A DNA stretch of 41,383 bases, taken from Perkinsus olseni. Its lineage: Eukaryota. This document shows positions 1 through 11,787 of the stretch, piece by piece. How positions within the stretch are numbered: position 1 is the stretch's first letter; each line of letters begins with the position of its first letter. A program made the position numbers and the translations under genes. The notes beneath the pieces are model-generated. The model was given only the letters and a program-made list of their open reading frames with translations, was not told the origin of the DNA and ran no database searches. Location of the stretch: positions 1 to 41,383 of the forward strand of contig JABANN010000301.1 in assembly GCA_013115125.1 (NCBI GenBank). The letters are read 5' to 3'.

Positions 1-484
1 GTAATCTCTCTCTTCCTGTGACGTATCCTTCACTGTGCGCTCAAATTTTGAGCCTCAAAATGGTATCTTTGGGTGCTGCAGTAGTTTCGCCTACCTTCAA
101 CTAGTATCTACGGATGGTACGTGGCTTTCTAGCATAGTCATAGGCACGTGCAGGCGTGAAGCTGATCATCTCTAGTTCGTACGGTTCGCCGATGCTGTAG
201 GTCCTAGCACGGACAACTTTGACTTCTTTGCCCTAAGCGCGCTGGCTCCGTTCTTCTCTCAGTCGGGACGGTTCACTTCTATCGCATGTGCAACGTCTTC
301 GCGCGCCCTGTGCACATTGCGCGCCGCACTATTTTGTCTACTCAGAATTTCCGCGGCTCCCCGTTAAAAGCTGCCTCTGAAAATTGGAGTCCTTGCGAGA
401 AAACCAGACCGGGTCACCCGGCCTATAGAACGCCCAGTTAGTTCCAATGTGGGTTCTTTGACCTGTGCCTCCTTCCCATAACCA

Positions 485-1678
485 ATGCACCATCAAGTCC
501 TCGTCGTCACCGTCATCGCCGAGTTCGGGTCCATTGCAACCTCCAGTGTTGATGACGCCGTTGCGTGACGTACGCTCGTGAGCTCCGTGGAAACGCCACG
601 TCAGGCTCACTGCACCGTTAGCTGGGCAAATCTCGACGATCCCAGGAGCGTTACAGTCGAGGCTTTCGTTGACGAACTAAAAACCAGAGAACCGCCAATC
701 CCAGGCCAGAACTTGAAGGTTGCGCGTATCAGATCTATCGAGTACACTTCAGAGTGGGTGCCTGATACGGCAGGCCAGCAATGAGTATCTTTTATTTCAG
801 GACGGGTGCCGTGGAGAGAACCTCTGGTAGCGAGGTCGAGGATTTGTTGGACTCAGACATGCTCCGTGCCTTGGAAGGGAAGAGCCCCCCTGTTTACCCT
901 GATAACAAGGCCTTATGTGAAGGACTTCTGATAAGGTTCGGTGAGTACATGTACCGGACTTCGGAAAGATACCAGTCCGACGCGAGGAGCCTCGGAATCA
1001 TGCCGGGGAGCAATTCATTCGTCGCTTGGAGCATCCTCAATCTGAAACTGGAGAGAGCCTATACTCGTCACTTCGCCAATACGGACCCTGAACTGGTGGG
1101 TAACTGTGATGACGACCGGGGAGGTGTGGACGGTGTATTGCCTTGTTATGATTGTCAGAGTTGTTACATTGATGAAGGAGTGTGCATAGATATAAGAGCG
1201 AGCGACAAAGTGCCTCTAATTGACCGGTTCTTGGGAGTGAACATATCAGCCGGTAGTATTCCGCCTTTCAACAATCTGGCCATCAAAACATTCACAGTCA
1301 AGGGGTGAGTAAGCTCCTGGTGATCTCTCGTCGCACCCACCTGAGGTCCTTATCCTTAGGGGCAGGAAGCCCGATGAGGACATGGTTTGCAGGCTGAACA
1401 GGGATCTACTGACCATGCCACATTACGTGACCACTGAAAATGCTCCAGATATTGTTAACTCTGAGGAGATTTGCGAATCTTTCCTCCAATTCAAGGCCTG
1501 GGAGCTCAATCAGATGCTCTGCCATATCCCTAAAGTCCAAATCTGCATTCTGCACACGCGCTTTGGATGTTCTCAAGTTCCTCTGGCCTTCCTGCGCTGG
1601 CGAAATTTTGATACAATGCGGCAGAGGAGGGAGAAGCGTTTAAGGAAGGGAGGAAATTCGAGATGTGTGCTCTTGTGA
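485..1678 (+). pseudogene. Signal-peptide/CaaX family copy 1 (4 exons) with in-frame TGA at 566-568; pseudogene or sequence error
   Basis: Exons 485-753, 801-1095, 1159-1304, 1360-1678 with GT-AG introns at the same positions as copies 2 and 3. Shared blocks CTVSW, SLGIMPGSxSFxAWSILNLKLER, LNRDL..PHYVTTEN, FKAWEL, LRWR; ends RCVLL*. Confidence 0.75.
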
Positions 1679-2924
1679 GAGGCGAAGAGAGCTAACGAAG
1701 TTCACAACATGATGTCTGATGTTGATGTACTGTCATGATGGCAGTGTCGTCCAAGTTATGGCGTTGTCGCAGTCTTATGCAGGCGCAAGCACTCCGGGTT
1801 TTCCTTCTCAGGGGTGGGTTATACACCATTAGATGCACAACAGCCTCCTTTCCTGCATATGTTGTGATTCGGAGATGGAGTTATGTCGGTGAGCTGAGGG
1901 TCATCAGCTGAGGTCACCGTGAGGCGCACCCTATAAAGAGTGTCTCATGGAAGGGCTGCTCGCCTTCTTATTACATCTGCATGGTACCGATAGTTGAAAG
2001 CGGCGGAGTGAGCTAGTTCCCCGAATTGAGACATTTCCGAGAGACGTCGTTGACCCAACGACGTTGAGTGACGATTGGACTCTCGGCGTAGATATCCGCT
2101 CGGCACCATGCCGAGATGTGTGAAATAACCTAAGTTTAAGACCGCCTTCTTGGCCCTCCTCGTGCGAGGAGCCTTTCGGTGAGGTTCTCGTAAAAGCCTT
2201 ACTTCACCTTTTCGACCCAATCCGTAAAGATATCCCGACGTCGAGCGGGGTCACTCTCCAGCAATCCTATTCGTTGCGCTGCGCTCCTGTTCGCCCTAGT
2301 AGGTCGACCCATTAGTTCTCGTCTCCTTCCGTGGACGATGCTTACGATAGTGCTGCTATGCCGATGATCCGGAGATTCAGAGTTGAAGATGGGCTCCACG
2401 GTTAAGACGTTAGACGTTAGCGGTTAGTGATTCACTAGGCAAGAGTATACCCGCAGCCAGGATGGGCAAGTTGCCCAGGGCAACTTGTTAGCTGTGGCCA
2501 TTCCCGCATTCGAGACGTTGGTTAAGCAGCCCCAGCATGGGGGGGGGACTGGGTCGACATCGTGGAACCATCATCCAAGGCAGTGTCATGAATTAGCTCT
2601 CAAACAAGGTCAGACGAAAAAAACGAGATCGTGTGAAAGCTCCAAGATCGCCGATCGTCACAATATTCCATGTTTATATGCTTGTATTTATCATGTCAGT
2701 TGTTAAGTGTTCGAAACGGATAGGACTGGAACGGTCGTCCACATGCTCAGCACTGTTGGCCGCATTCCATCAATCTTTCAATGTGCATCCTTTCACTTGG
2801 CATAGGAGAAGCGGGGCTCAGCAGTGCTGAGCCAGCACGATTTGTGCAGGGGTCTCGCTCGCCCACGCGCAGACCGCGCGGCTCAATAGGATCTTTCAGA
2901 GTTTCCATGGCTCTTTCCACTTGA

Positions 2925-4160
2925 ATGGTGCCCCGTCGGATCGTTATCTTGGCTCTCATCTTCGAGTTGGGGTCAGCCGCGACCTCCAGAGTGGATAGTG
3001 ATGACAACACTGTCGTGGAACCTTCCGTGGTGGCTACGGAGCACCGGAGCGACTGCACAGTTAGCTGGGTTAGTCTTCGTGACCCCAGAAAGGTTACGGT
3101 CGAGGCTTTCGTCCACATTATAAAAAACCCGTTATTTCCTCTCCATAACATGAGAATTGTGCGCATCAAACCCTTGGAGTACACTCCGAAGTAAGTGGGT
3201 GACGCAGCGTCACTGACGCTTGGAAGGTTTGGTCGCCACGGGGGTTCTTCGTCGTAGGATTGAGCCACTGGAGAAGACTTCCGGCGAGGATATCGCGGAT
3301 TTGTTGGACTCTGAGATGGTTAGTGCCTTGCGTGATAAACCTGTTCCTGACTACATGGGTAACAAGACTTTCTGCGAGAGAGCGTTGAAGGTCTTCGGCG
3401 ACTACTTATACAAAAGATCGGGCCGCTACCGATACGACGCGATGAGCCTCGGGATCATGCCGGGGAGCGATTCCTTTATCGCCTGGAGCATCCTCAACCT
3501 CAAACTAGAGAGAAACTACACTCGTCACTTCAACAGCCCGTCTCTTTCGAAATGGGTGAGGGGTTATGAGCGCGCGCCCTTGTTGTAACCGTTTGTTTGG
3601 TGTAGGGCTGTTCTGTCAAGGAGGAAATATGCGTGGTGGATAAGAGGACGAAGAAGAAATCTTCCATGCACAAGACGCAAGAAGTGACCATATCAGCAGG
3701 CTATGTTTTCGGGAGAAAAAGCGTCGACGTCAGCCAGTTTACTACGAAGAAGTGAGTAGCTCTCGGATGAGATGAACTTTTTCCAGATTTTTTCAGAAAA
3801 CAAAAATCTGACAATGACGTCGTCGCCAGGCTGAATAAGGATTTACGGTCTTTGCCTCATTTCGTGACCACCGAGAATGCTCCGAACCTCGAGAGCCCAT
3901 CGGGGGTGTGCCGCTATTATCTACTCTTCAAAGCGTGGGAACTCGACCAGATGATTTCGGGCTTCCTACACTCTCCACCGATCTCACTCTGCCCCGAGCA
4001 CGAGGGTTCTACAGATGCTAAGGTGTGCCTCACTTACCTACGTTGGCGGGAGTGCGACGAAATTCGGCAGAACGGTGAGGAGGAAGCAATAAAGAGGGGA
4101 GAAGACGCTGCTCTGCGTTCATCTGCGGGTGGGTCGAAAACGCGATGTACGATGTTGTAG
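2925..4160 (+). CDS. Signal-peptide/CaaX family copy 2, unknown function (4 exons)
   Basis: Exons 2925-3190, 3258-3555, 3606-3751, 3797-4160 splice in frame. N-terminus MVPRRIVILALIFELGSAATS, C-terminus RCTML*; paralogous to copies 1 and 3. Confidence 0.85.
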
Positions 4161-6962
4161 GAAGAAGGAGAAAAAATAATATCATGCCTGTTGAGTGACT
4201 CAACTTGAGTCGGGTGACATTCTGTGTCTGATGTTGATATTGAAGTACGCAGTGTTTCGTCTAGCAGTGTTGGAGGCTCCGCGTCGGAAACGGTTCACTG
4301 CCTAATCGCGCTCAGACTGCTGGTGACACTGTCATGGCAAACAGTCATGGCAGTGTCACGGCGCACTATAAATCGTTCTACAAAAGTACAATACGTACCT
4401 TCACGGGCGGTGAGGGACACAGTGGTAATTTCGCTAGCGCTGAACCCTCTGCCAAGGAATGCTAACATTACGGGAGGTGGCATGGCGCTGTGCACGTGTG
4501 ACGAACTAGATGGGCTGTTGGTAGCATTTACTCTCATCTTAAGGGTGATGCGCGGAAGGTTAGGTAGATATCTTTTGCTTCCTACGATGAATTAATCTGC
4601 CAGTGCGGTTCGGGGTACGCTAACTCGGCCACCGGAGTTACCGGTGCCGAAAATGAGCAACTTTTAAGAGAAAGACGCCGTCGGTGTCTCAGCGGGGCGA
4701 TTCGAAGAAACGCTTATTACGATGAGTCCGCGGCACTGCAGGAAGGCTTGCTTCAGGCTGAAGCCTTCAGCCGTAGCCGAAGTAAAGTACGGCTCACTGA
4801 TAGAGCTATTCTAAGGGGTTACGGTAACCCGGTTACCATTCCCTTCATAAAACCGTAGCCGCGGGGGACTGGGAGGAGGTGCTTCCGAAGCCCGAACAGT
4901 GCAGTGAGCTCTGTGCAGCGGGTTGTCACTCGCGAGGCATCTCAAAGCAGCCGAGAGCCGTGTCAAACGGCTTGCCCCAGGTGGGGGCGGCGGCGGCTCA
5001 GGTGCCAGTCTGGCACTGCCAGAACTGTGACAGTCACTGCGCGTTGGTGGGCAAGCGAACCACAGTGCCCGAGCTGGAGGTATGAAATTACGACTGATGA
5101 TCCCATGACCTACCAGGTCAAAACACTCTCCCCAATCTCCTCCAAGTCGAAGCTAGCGATTGGCATTCAGTAGCCAGACTAGAGCTCAACTGGGCCAGCA
5201 CAAACCGCTCAGAAGGAACGGTATAACAACCAAATAGATAGACCAGATCGAGTAGGGCGACAATGTCGCTGCAAGTTGCAGCGTTGCAGCCTGCAACGTT
5301 GCTGATCAGACTGAAGAGTTCATTTACTGCTCTACGGCCGAACTGATAGCTCCAGGCGAACTATGACGCTCAGGACAGGTTTAGAGGAAAGAAGAAACGC
5401 AAGAAAGACATCCTGGAGCCTGAATGAGGTTTTGTCAAACCAGAACCTGGAACCTGGGCGAACTGCAATCTACAACTGCGTCAATTGGTACTGACCTAGT
5501 CCTTAAACGGACCGGCGAGAAATCCGATCTTATGGATCATGAAGATTCGCGCAATTTGCGCACAGGCAGAGGTGGCGGCCGACAAAAGACTACTACCCAT
5601 GCAGAAGCCGCGGGGCTGTAACGACCTAGGCCTCTCAAGGAGCCACGCTCGTCACTAACTTGGATCAAGTTCTACCGAGTACGGCTCGAAATTAGGCGTC
5701 GCAAACGAAGCGAACATTGAGCTAGATCCCGGCCCACTACCGTCATTAGTCGGACTATCTACTCGCTGATTGGTACTCGGCGAAAACTCAAAGCGCAAGA
5801 GGAGACCAGAGAACATTCACGAGTATACCCCCGAAGAAATAAAGAATAAAGATAGCCTCTCGAGTTCCCGACGAAACCAAATCAAATCCCAATTCTGTGA
5901 ATTTGTTCTCAGAGGTTTAGAGGGGACGCGAGCGAAAAGATCTAACGAGTAGGCTTCAACGCCTATGATTTCGATAAAGAAGCGAAACGAAGACGCGAGG
6001 GTCTTCCTGAGGCAGCGCTCAGATGGAAGACGTGGCTTCCGAGGAGGAGGCAAGGCTCCTTAAAATGCCTTCAAATTCTCTCAGGCATAAGATGAGAAAC
6101 TGTCACTGTCAGCACGCAAACCCTTGTGTTTTTGTGACGCCTGTCCCCGAATCTAGCCTAGCCTAGGCTAGGTCTTCCCGGACCTTATAGTTGTTATGGT
6201 TGTTACCATCCTTATCAGTTCTTTGCAAACTTATGCCAGTTGCGTTGTATCCCGATGTTCAGGAGTCAGTTGAAGGGGCTCGGAGTCAACCACAAAACCA
6301 CAATTCGAAGGCTGAATAGGTGCTAAAGCAGTTGCTTACCTTGCTGTGGGGCCCAACGGTCTGTCTCACAGCTTGTGTCGTCTCCGGACACAAGAAGGAG
6401 GGCGTCCCCTCGATCTTTGTTTTACCCACGTCGAATCCTGCGGGCTTAACTCAGAATAATTTACCCCGCTTCAGTGCACGTCACCGCGGTCCATCCTTCA
6501 CTCTGTGGCACATAGCGTGAGCGTGCTGTCCCCGTCATGGAGTCTTTGCATGCTATGGTCGTTCCACTCATGTTATAGCTAGACGCTGTCGACCCTCCGT
6601 CGTCCAAGAGCGGTGATGATGGGTGATGATAAATACCAGCGGTCACATCACTGATTCTGGTCATCTCGTCAACGCTTACCCTTAAGCTCTTGATGTGCTT
6701 CTTGTGTGCTGGTGTTATGTGCGTGTGAGTTTATAGGCCAACCTCGATTCCGGCTTAGTTAGACTCTTGCCGATGTACACAGTTGGAGACTCTCTGTAGC
6801 GCTGACGTTCTGGTGTTGGTTGGGACGACTCTCTTGTATCTTCGGTGTCTGGCGAGCGACAAAGAAGATCTCCTATCGCACGCCATGCCCGGACGGCAGT
6901 CTCGCTCTCACACGCACGATATTGTGCCTTGAGAAAATTCCCACAGTTCTTTCGCGTTAGTG

Positions 6963-8204
6963 ATGTTCCATAAAATCTTCTTCTTTACACTCGTCATCGA
7001 GCTGGGCTCAGCCGCGACCTCTTGGGTCCATGCTGGCTCTGCCACTGCCGTTAAACCCTCATCTGACGCGTCGGCGGCTCATCAGGGTGAATGCGCAGTG
7101 AGCTGGATCAACAGCGAACACTCCAGATGGGCCAGAATCGAGGCTTTCGTGGACACAATCAAGAACCCATTTGACCCACTCCATAACATAACAGTTGCAC
7201 GTGTTAAATCGATTGAGTACTCTCCAGAGTAAGTGTGCAACTCTCATTCACTGTGGTTGAAGCATTGCTTCTCTTAGAATTGGCCCAACGAAGAAATATT
7301 CTGGTGAGGAAGTCGTGGATCTGATGGACGCGGATATGACCCGTGCCTTGCATGCGAACCCAATTGCGGATCACGCTGATAACGCGACTTTTTGCGAGAG
7401 CGCTCTGAATGTCTTCGGTAACTACATGTACAAAACATCGAAAAGGTATCAGGACGACGCGAGGAGCCTCGGAATCGCGCCGAGGAGCGACGCTTTCATC
7501 GCGTGGAGCATCCTCAATCTCCAACTGGAGAGACCCTACGCTCATCACCATAAGGATCCATCCGTGTCCAAATGGGTGGGTGACTGCTTATTTGCCGTGA
7601 TGGGGTGTGGCGAAGATGAGTTTTTCGTTTCTCTTAGGCCTGTGATATCAAGGAGGAATTATGCGTGAGTGACAAGAGGAAAGGGAGAAGGCCGTCCTTC
7701 CACAAGCACCGAGAAGTAACTGTATCAGCGGGATACATTTTCGCGTCGAAAAGCGTCCATGTTAGCAAGTTGACAACGAAGAAGTAAGTAACTAACTGAA
7801 AGCATTTGCTCATTTTCGAGTTTCTCAGGCAAGAAGAATCCGACAAAGACGCCGTCCGAAGGCTAAATAAAGATTTACGCTGTTTGCCACATTACGTGAC
7901 CACCGAAAATATTCCAGATTTCGAAGAGTCTCGGGAGGCGTGTCGCCATTTCCTCCTTTTCAAGGCCTGGGAACTCGAACAGAGGCTGGCCGACTTTCCC
8001 CAATCCACGAAGATCTCTCTCTGCGCCAATCACAAACACAATGGCGATACGAGAGTTGGCCTAACTTATTTACGCTGGCGGGAGTTAGACAAGATTCGTC
8101 AAGAGGAAATGAAAAAAGCTGGAAAAGAGGATAAAGATATATCTCTCACGTCGCCTCTCGTCGTGAATTCAGTATATGCAGACACTGGCTGCACAGTTTT
8201 CTAG
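6963..8204 (+). CDS. Signal-peptide/CaaX family copy 3, unknown function (4 exons)
   Basis: Exons 6963-7228, 7278-7575, 7638-7783, 7829-8204 splice in frame. N-terminus MFHKIFFFTLVIELGSAATS, C-terminus GCTVF*. Confidence 0.85.
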
Positions 8205-9110
8205 GAGGTGGAAAGAGCTTATGAATTTCATGTCTGCTGTTGTTGTTGTTGTCCGTGTATGGTTCCTTGTGTTCCAGTGACAGTATACACTTGGCTGTTA
8301 GGCACACAGAAAGCTCCGAAATGCGGAGTCCGAATCTAGAACTATACGACGACTGCCGAGCACCACATCTTGGCCAATAGGTTGAGGGGATTCCCCTCCA
8401 AGTGATATTACGGGCTCCTCAGGGAAGCGTGGCATCGTCAGACGTCAATGATCGTCCTGAGGAGACTATAAATGTTGCACGGACTGGGGAGAACACAAAA
8501 GCTGTTCTTTTGAAACAAAGCAGAGATAATAAATTATAAAGAGGATATATGTTCTGTTCTCCCTTCTCCGTCTTTTTGGTGACTGTCGATCAGCGCGGAC
8601 TGGATGGCGTCGAATGAAAGAGCTCACCAACGGCGATCTGAGAGAGAAAATACCGATCCTGAAGGCGATGCTGAATACGTGCGTTTCAAGCGTCTCAAGC
8701 CACCCTCTCCTACACGGGTTCATTCGAGTGGTCTTCAGTCGCCTCAGCACTTCGGGTTGTGAATAGAATGGGAAAAGCGGACAAATAGTGCAACGGTTGA
8801 GGAGTTCATTTAACATCCGTAGCAACCAAGTTCGAACCTCATCATTGGCACATAACCTTGATATATACCGTCCACTTTGAGGACGGATGCTTTCACCACA
8901 GTCTACAAAATGACGGTCATAATGGTACTTGCGGTCACTGCAACGGCAGTTATAGCAAAACTTGAATGACCAGAGTAGCCAAAAATAAAAATCACATGTC
9001 GAATAATGACGATGTCGGACCCTCGCCTCCTAGTAGAGTAGGCGAAGGACAAATCGGTAACCACGGACACCCTCCGGCACACCATAAAAGTGAAACGACA
9101 ATCGAAGGCT

Positions 9111-10211
9111 TCATACCAGTCTCTTCAACTGCACTGAGTCTGTTGACTCATTCACTCCGCGGTTGGTGGTGGTACAGTCAGTAGAAAATGACTGTTGTCT
9201 TGAAGACGCACAACCTGGTGTATTGACAGTGGGTGTATAGACGCTCGTTGTTGAGCATTCAACTGGGTCTTCGCCACTGTTGATCTGAGCGAGATTCTCG
9301 ACCATATCCGCAGCGTCACTGAGCTCTGTCTCACAACGGGCCTTGAAGTCGGCATCAGTGCAGCTATCCCATGCACGTCGGATGGCTTCACGTCGAGCCC
9401 CCTCGCCAGCATCAGCATATCGAGAAGAGTGATGCAAGAGCTCAGAGTGCGCCGGACAATGGCAGGTTGAAGCAAGGCCGAGATCAATAAGTTTAACAGT
9501 GGAATGCCAAGAGGAATCACCATCGTGAGAGTAGGCGATGTTTTCTGGTCGTATGTCATTGTGAAGGATGCCGCAGTGGTGCAGTGCAGTCAGCGTGCTC
9601 GAAAGCGATTGGGCTATTCGAGACCAATTCAACGACTGTCGACATTCGTCAGCATCATCGCCCGACGCGACAATTTGCTGTAGGTCTTCCCCTTCATGTT
9701 GGCAAACCATATAAAATGAATCAACGTCAGAGTAAGCATCTAAGACTGTCGTAACACCACCATCACCACCACAGGACTTGATGTTATCCAAGCCGAGGTC
9801 CTTGCAGATTCGAAGAAGTTGAGCTTCTTCATCGCACTTAGGCGTCTCGCTGAACCTTCCTTCGTAAGGTGGCTTGTTCACGTTCTTCACAACAACTGTC
9901 TCACCGGAGCTTCGACACAAAGCGGTGTAAACCGTACCAAACCCACCCACTGCAATCCGCTCCCCACAGCGCATATCATAGCTTCTTTGTAACGATGATA
10001 GTGCGCTTCCAGGAGTGCTGGTTGCAGCAGGAGTCGCGGACGGAGCACTGAGAGGCGACAGGAGGTCGCCGCCGGTCGGCGGTGTCATCACAGCGAAGGC
10101 TTCTGGGGGTAGGCGTAGAGTCTGTCTCGAACATTTGGTTGGACTCTCTAGGCCTGAGTTTTTGTCACTCATATATTGACGGTTAGAAGCAACTACATCA
10201 ACCAACCTCAT
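9111..10211 (-). CDS. Protein kinase-like protein, intronless, short C-lobe (true start may be a downstream ATG such as 10172)
   Basis: IAVGGFGTVY Gly loop, VVVK lysine, HNDIRPENI catalytic loop and KLIDLGLA DFG-equivalent in one 366-aa ORF. Confidence 0.85.
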   Translation of the reverse strand: MRLVDVVASNRQYMSDKNSGLESPTKCSRQTLRLPPEAFAVMTPPTGGDLLSPLSAPSATPAATSTPGSALSSLQRSYDMRCGERIAVGGFGTVYTALCRSSGETVVVKNVNKPPYEGRFSETPKCDEEAQLLRICKDLGLDNIKSCGGDGGVTTVLDAYSDVDSFYMVCQHEGEDLQQIVASGDDADECRQSLNWSRIAQSLSSTLTALHHCGILHNDIRPENIAYSHDGDSSWHSTVKLIDLGLASTCHCPAHSELLHHSSRYADAGEGARREAIRRAWDSCTDADFKARCETELSDAADMVENLAQINSGEDPVECSTTSVYTPTVNTPGCASSRQQSFSTDCTTTNRGVNESTDSVQLKRLV

Positions 10212-10507
10212 GGGGCGGATCGATCATCACCACGCGGACCAAGTCCAAGCGACAAAGGTGGTACAGATCCCACGCGAGCCAGCCTATCTTCCAGGATGGC
10301 TCGGAAGCCCTGGCCGAACCCTGCCCCAAAACGTCCACCCGGTGACCCTGGATCGCCCATCAGTGTCTCTCCAATAAAACCTCTCAAACCCAAGAGCCAG
10401 ATGTTTGTGAAGCGAATGTTACTATGATGATGATGCCTCTCGAGGTGAAGCTCTTCTCTGCAATTATCGATATATCCCCAGACGGGAAGGAGCATAACAA
10501 TGGTGAT

Positions 10508-11464
10508 TTACAAGTCATCATCATCGTCGTCAATGGCCTGGTCCTGAGCGGCCTGGAGCTCTCTTTCGTGCTGTGCAACGAGCTCGGGGTTGATCTGGAA
10601 CTCGGGGGCCTTGGCGAACTCACCCTGAAGGATAGAGAGTATACCAGTATGCTCTACCTCGGATTAGAACCCGCGTCCTCTCGAATGGCAGACGAGAAAA
10701 TAGCCTACTGAACTATACCCACCTGGAAAACAAGCTGAGGCTGGTTGGTGAGCCTCCTTGCGAGCCAGAGGAAAGGTTTCTCAAAGTTGTAATTGGAGCG
10801 AGCAGAGAGATCATAGTACTGCAGATTGCGCTTGCGGTGGAACTGAATATTCCGAGCCTTGACCTGAACACCGAAACAGAGTTCCAACGAATCTTCACCT
10901 TCATCAACCTACCTGTCTGTCCTTCACATCAACCTTGTTGCCAACGAGGACGATTGGGATGTTCTCGCATACTCGGACGATATCCCTGTGCCAGTTGGGA
11001 ACATTCTTGTAGGTGATACGAGATGTCACGTCGAACATGATGATAGCGCATTGGCCCTGAAGGATGACGACAGGTACTCGGATTGGGAGATTGACGCGGG
11101 ATTGAGAGAAAGTCGCTCACTTGGATGTAGTAGCCATCGCGAAGGCCTCCGAACTTTTCTTGCCCGGCGGTATCCCATACGTTGAAGATGATCTCGCCGC
11201 AATTAGTCATGAACTTCAGCGGATGAACCTGAGAAGTGAAACGTATCTTTAGTTGAAGCTGGCGAGATACAAAACAGGTCAGATCAGTTCCCCCTTCTAT
11301 CGTCAAGCAAATGGATGTTGTTCTACCTCAACCCCGAGCGTCGGGATGTACTTCTTCTCGAACTCTCCTGTAAGATGACGCTTCACCAAGGTGGTCTTCC
11401 CAACGCCACCATCGCCGACCAACAGCAGTTTGAACTCAGGTACTCCACTCTGTTGTTGAGCCAT
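10508..11464 (-). CDS. RAN: GTP-binding nuclear protein Ran (multi-exon)
   Basis: [66 protein letters not shown], acidic tail IDDDDDDL*. Confidence 0.97.
10650..10722 (-). pseudogene. Degenerate tRNA-Gly(GCC)-like sequence in the last Ran intron
   Basis: Parses to 73 nt with canonical spacing: GTGGGTA TA GTTC AGTAGGCT ATTT T CTCGT CTGCCAT TCGAG AGGAC GCGGG TTCTAAT CCGAG GTAGAGC A. Anticodon stem 4/5 paired; acceptor and D stems broken. Confidence 0.65.
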
Positions 11465-11787
11465 AGTTAACACCAACTGTGCGAGGAATCTCCGTTCTCA
11501 AGAAAGTCCATGATGGCCTTGATGGGAAAGACGATTATGCGCTAGACGTTTTAGGGCGGGATATCTCATAGCGATTGCGGCGAGCGAGATCGACGTTTTA
11601 ACCCATTTATCTCTCAACGATTATGCCGGATATTTTCTCCCGCTCATGCACGTGGTCTGCCCCGCCTTTCTACTGCCCGCTGACGGAAGGAGACGAACGT
11701 CCATCTTTTATTAAAGTTTTGTGGGATAGCCGGGAGTTGTACTTCGCGCAGTTCTTTTTTTTTCGGAAGAGACCAGCTTCTATCGCA

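Noticed and set aside
569-583. RTLVS as a PEXEL-like export motif
   Set aside because: Fifth residue does not fit and the motif is absent from copies 2 and 3.
4852-4860. ACCGTAGCC, the start of the Perkinsus/dinoflagellate spliced leader (also ccgtagcc at 4771)
   Set aside because: Only 8-9 nt match; the following ATYTTGGCTCAAG and GT donor are absent.
4595-6900. Spacer between family copies 2 and 3 as a transposon
   Set aside because: No transposase or RT motifs and no convincing terminal repeats or target duplication seen.
11229-11326. 98-nt first Ran intron as tRNA relic or C/D snoRNA
   Set aside because: Only a 6-bp hairpin and C/D-like boxes too close together; no tRNA spacing.
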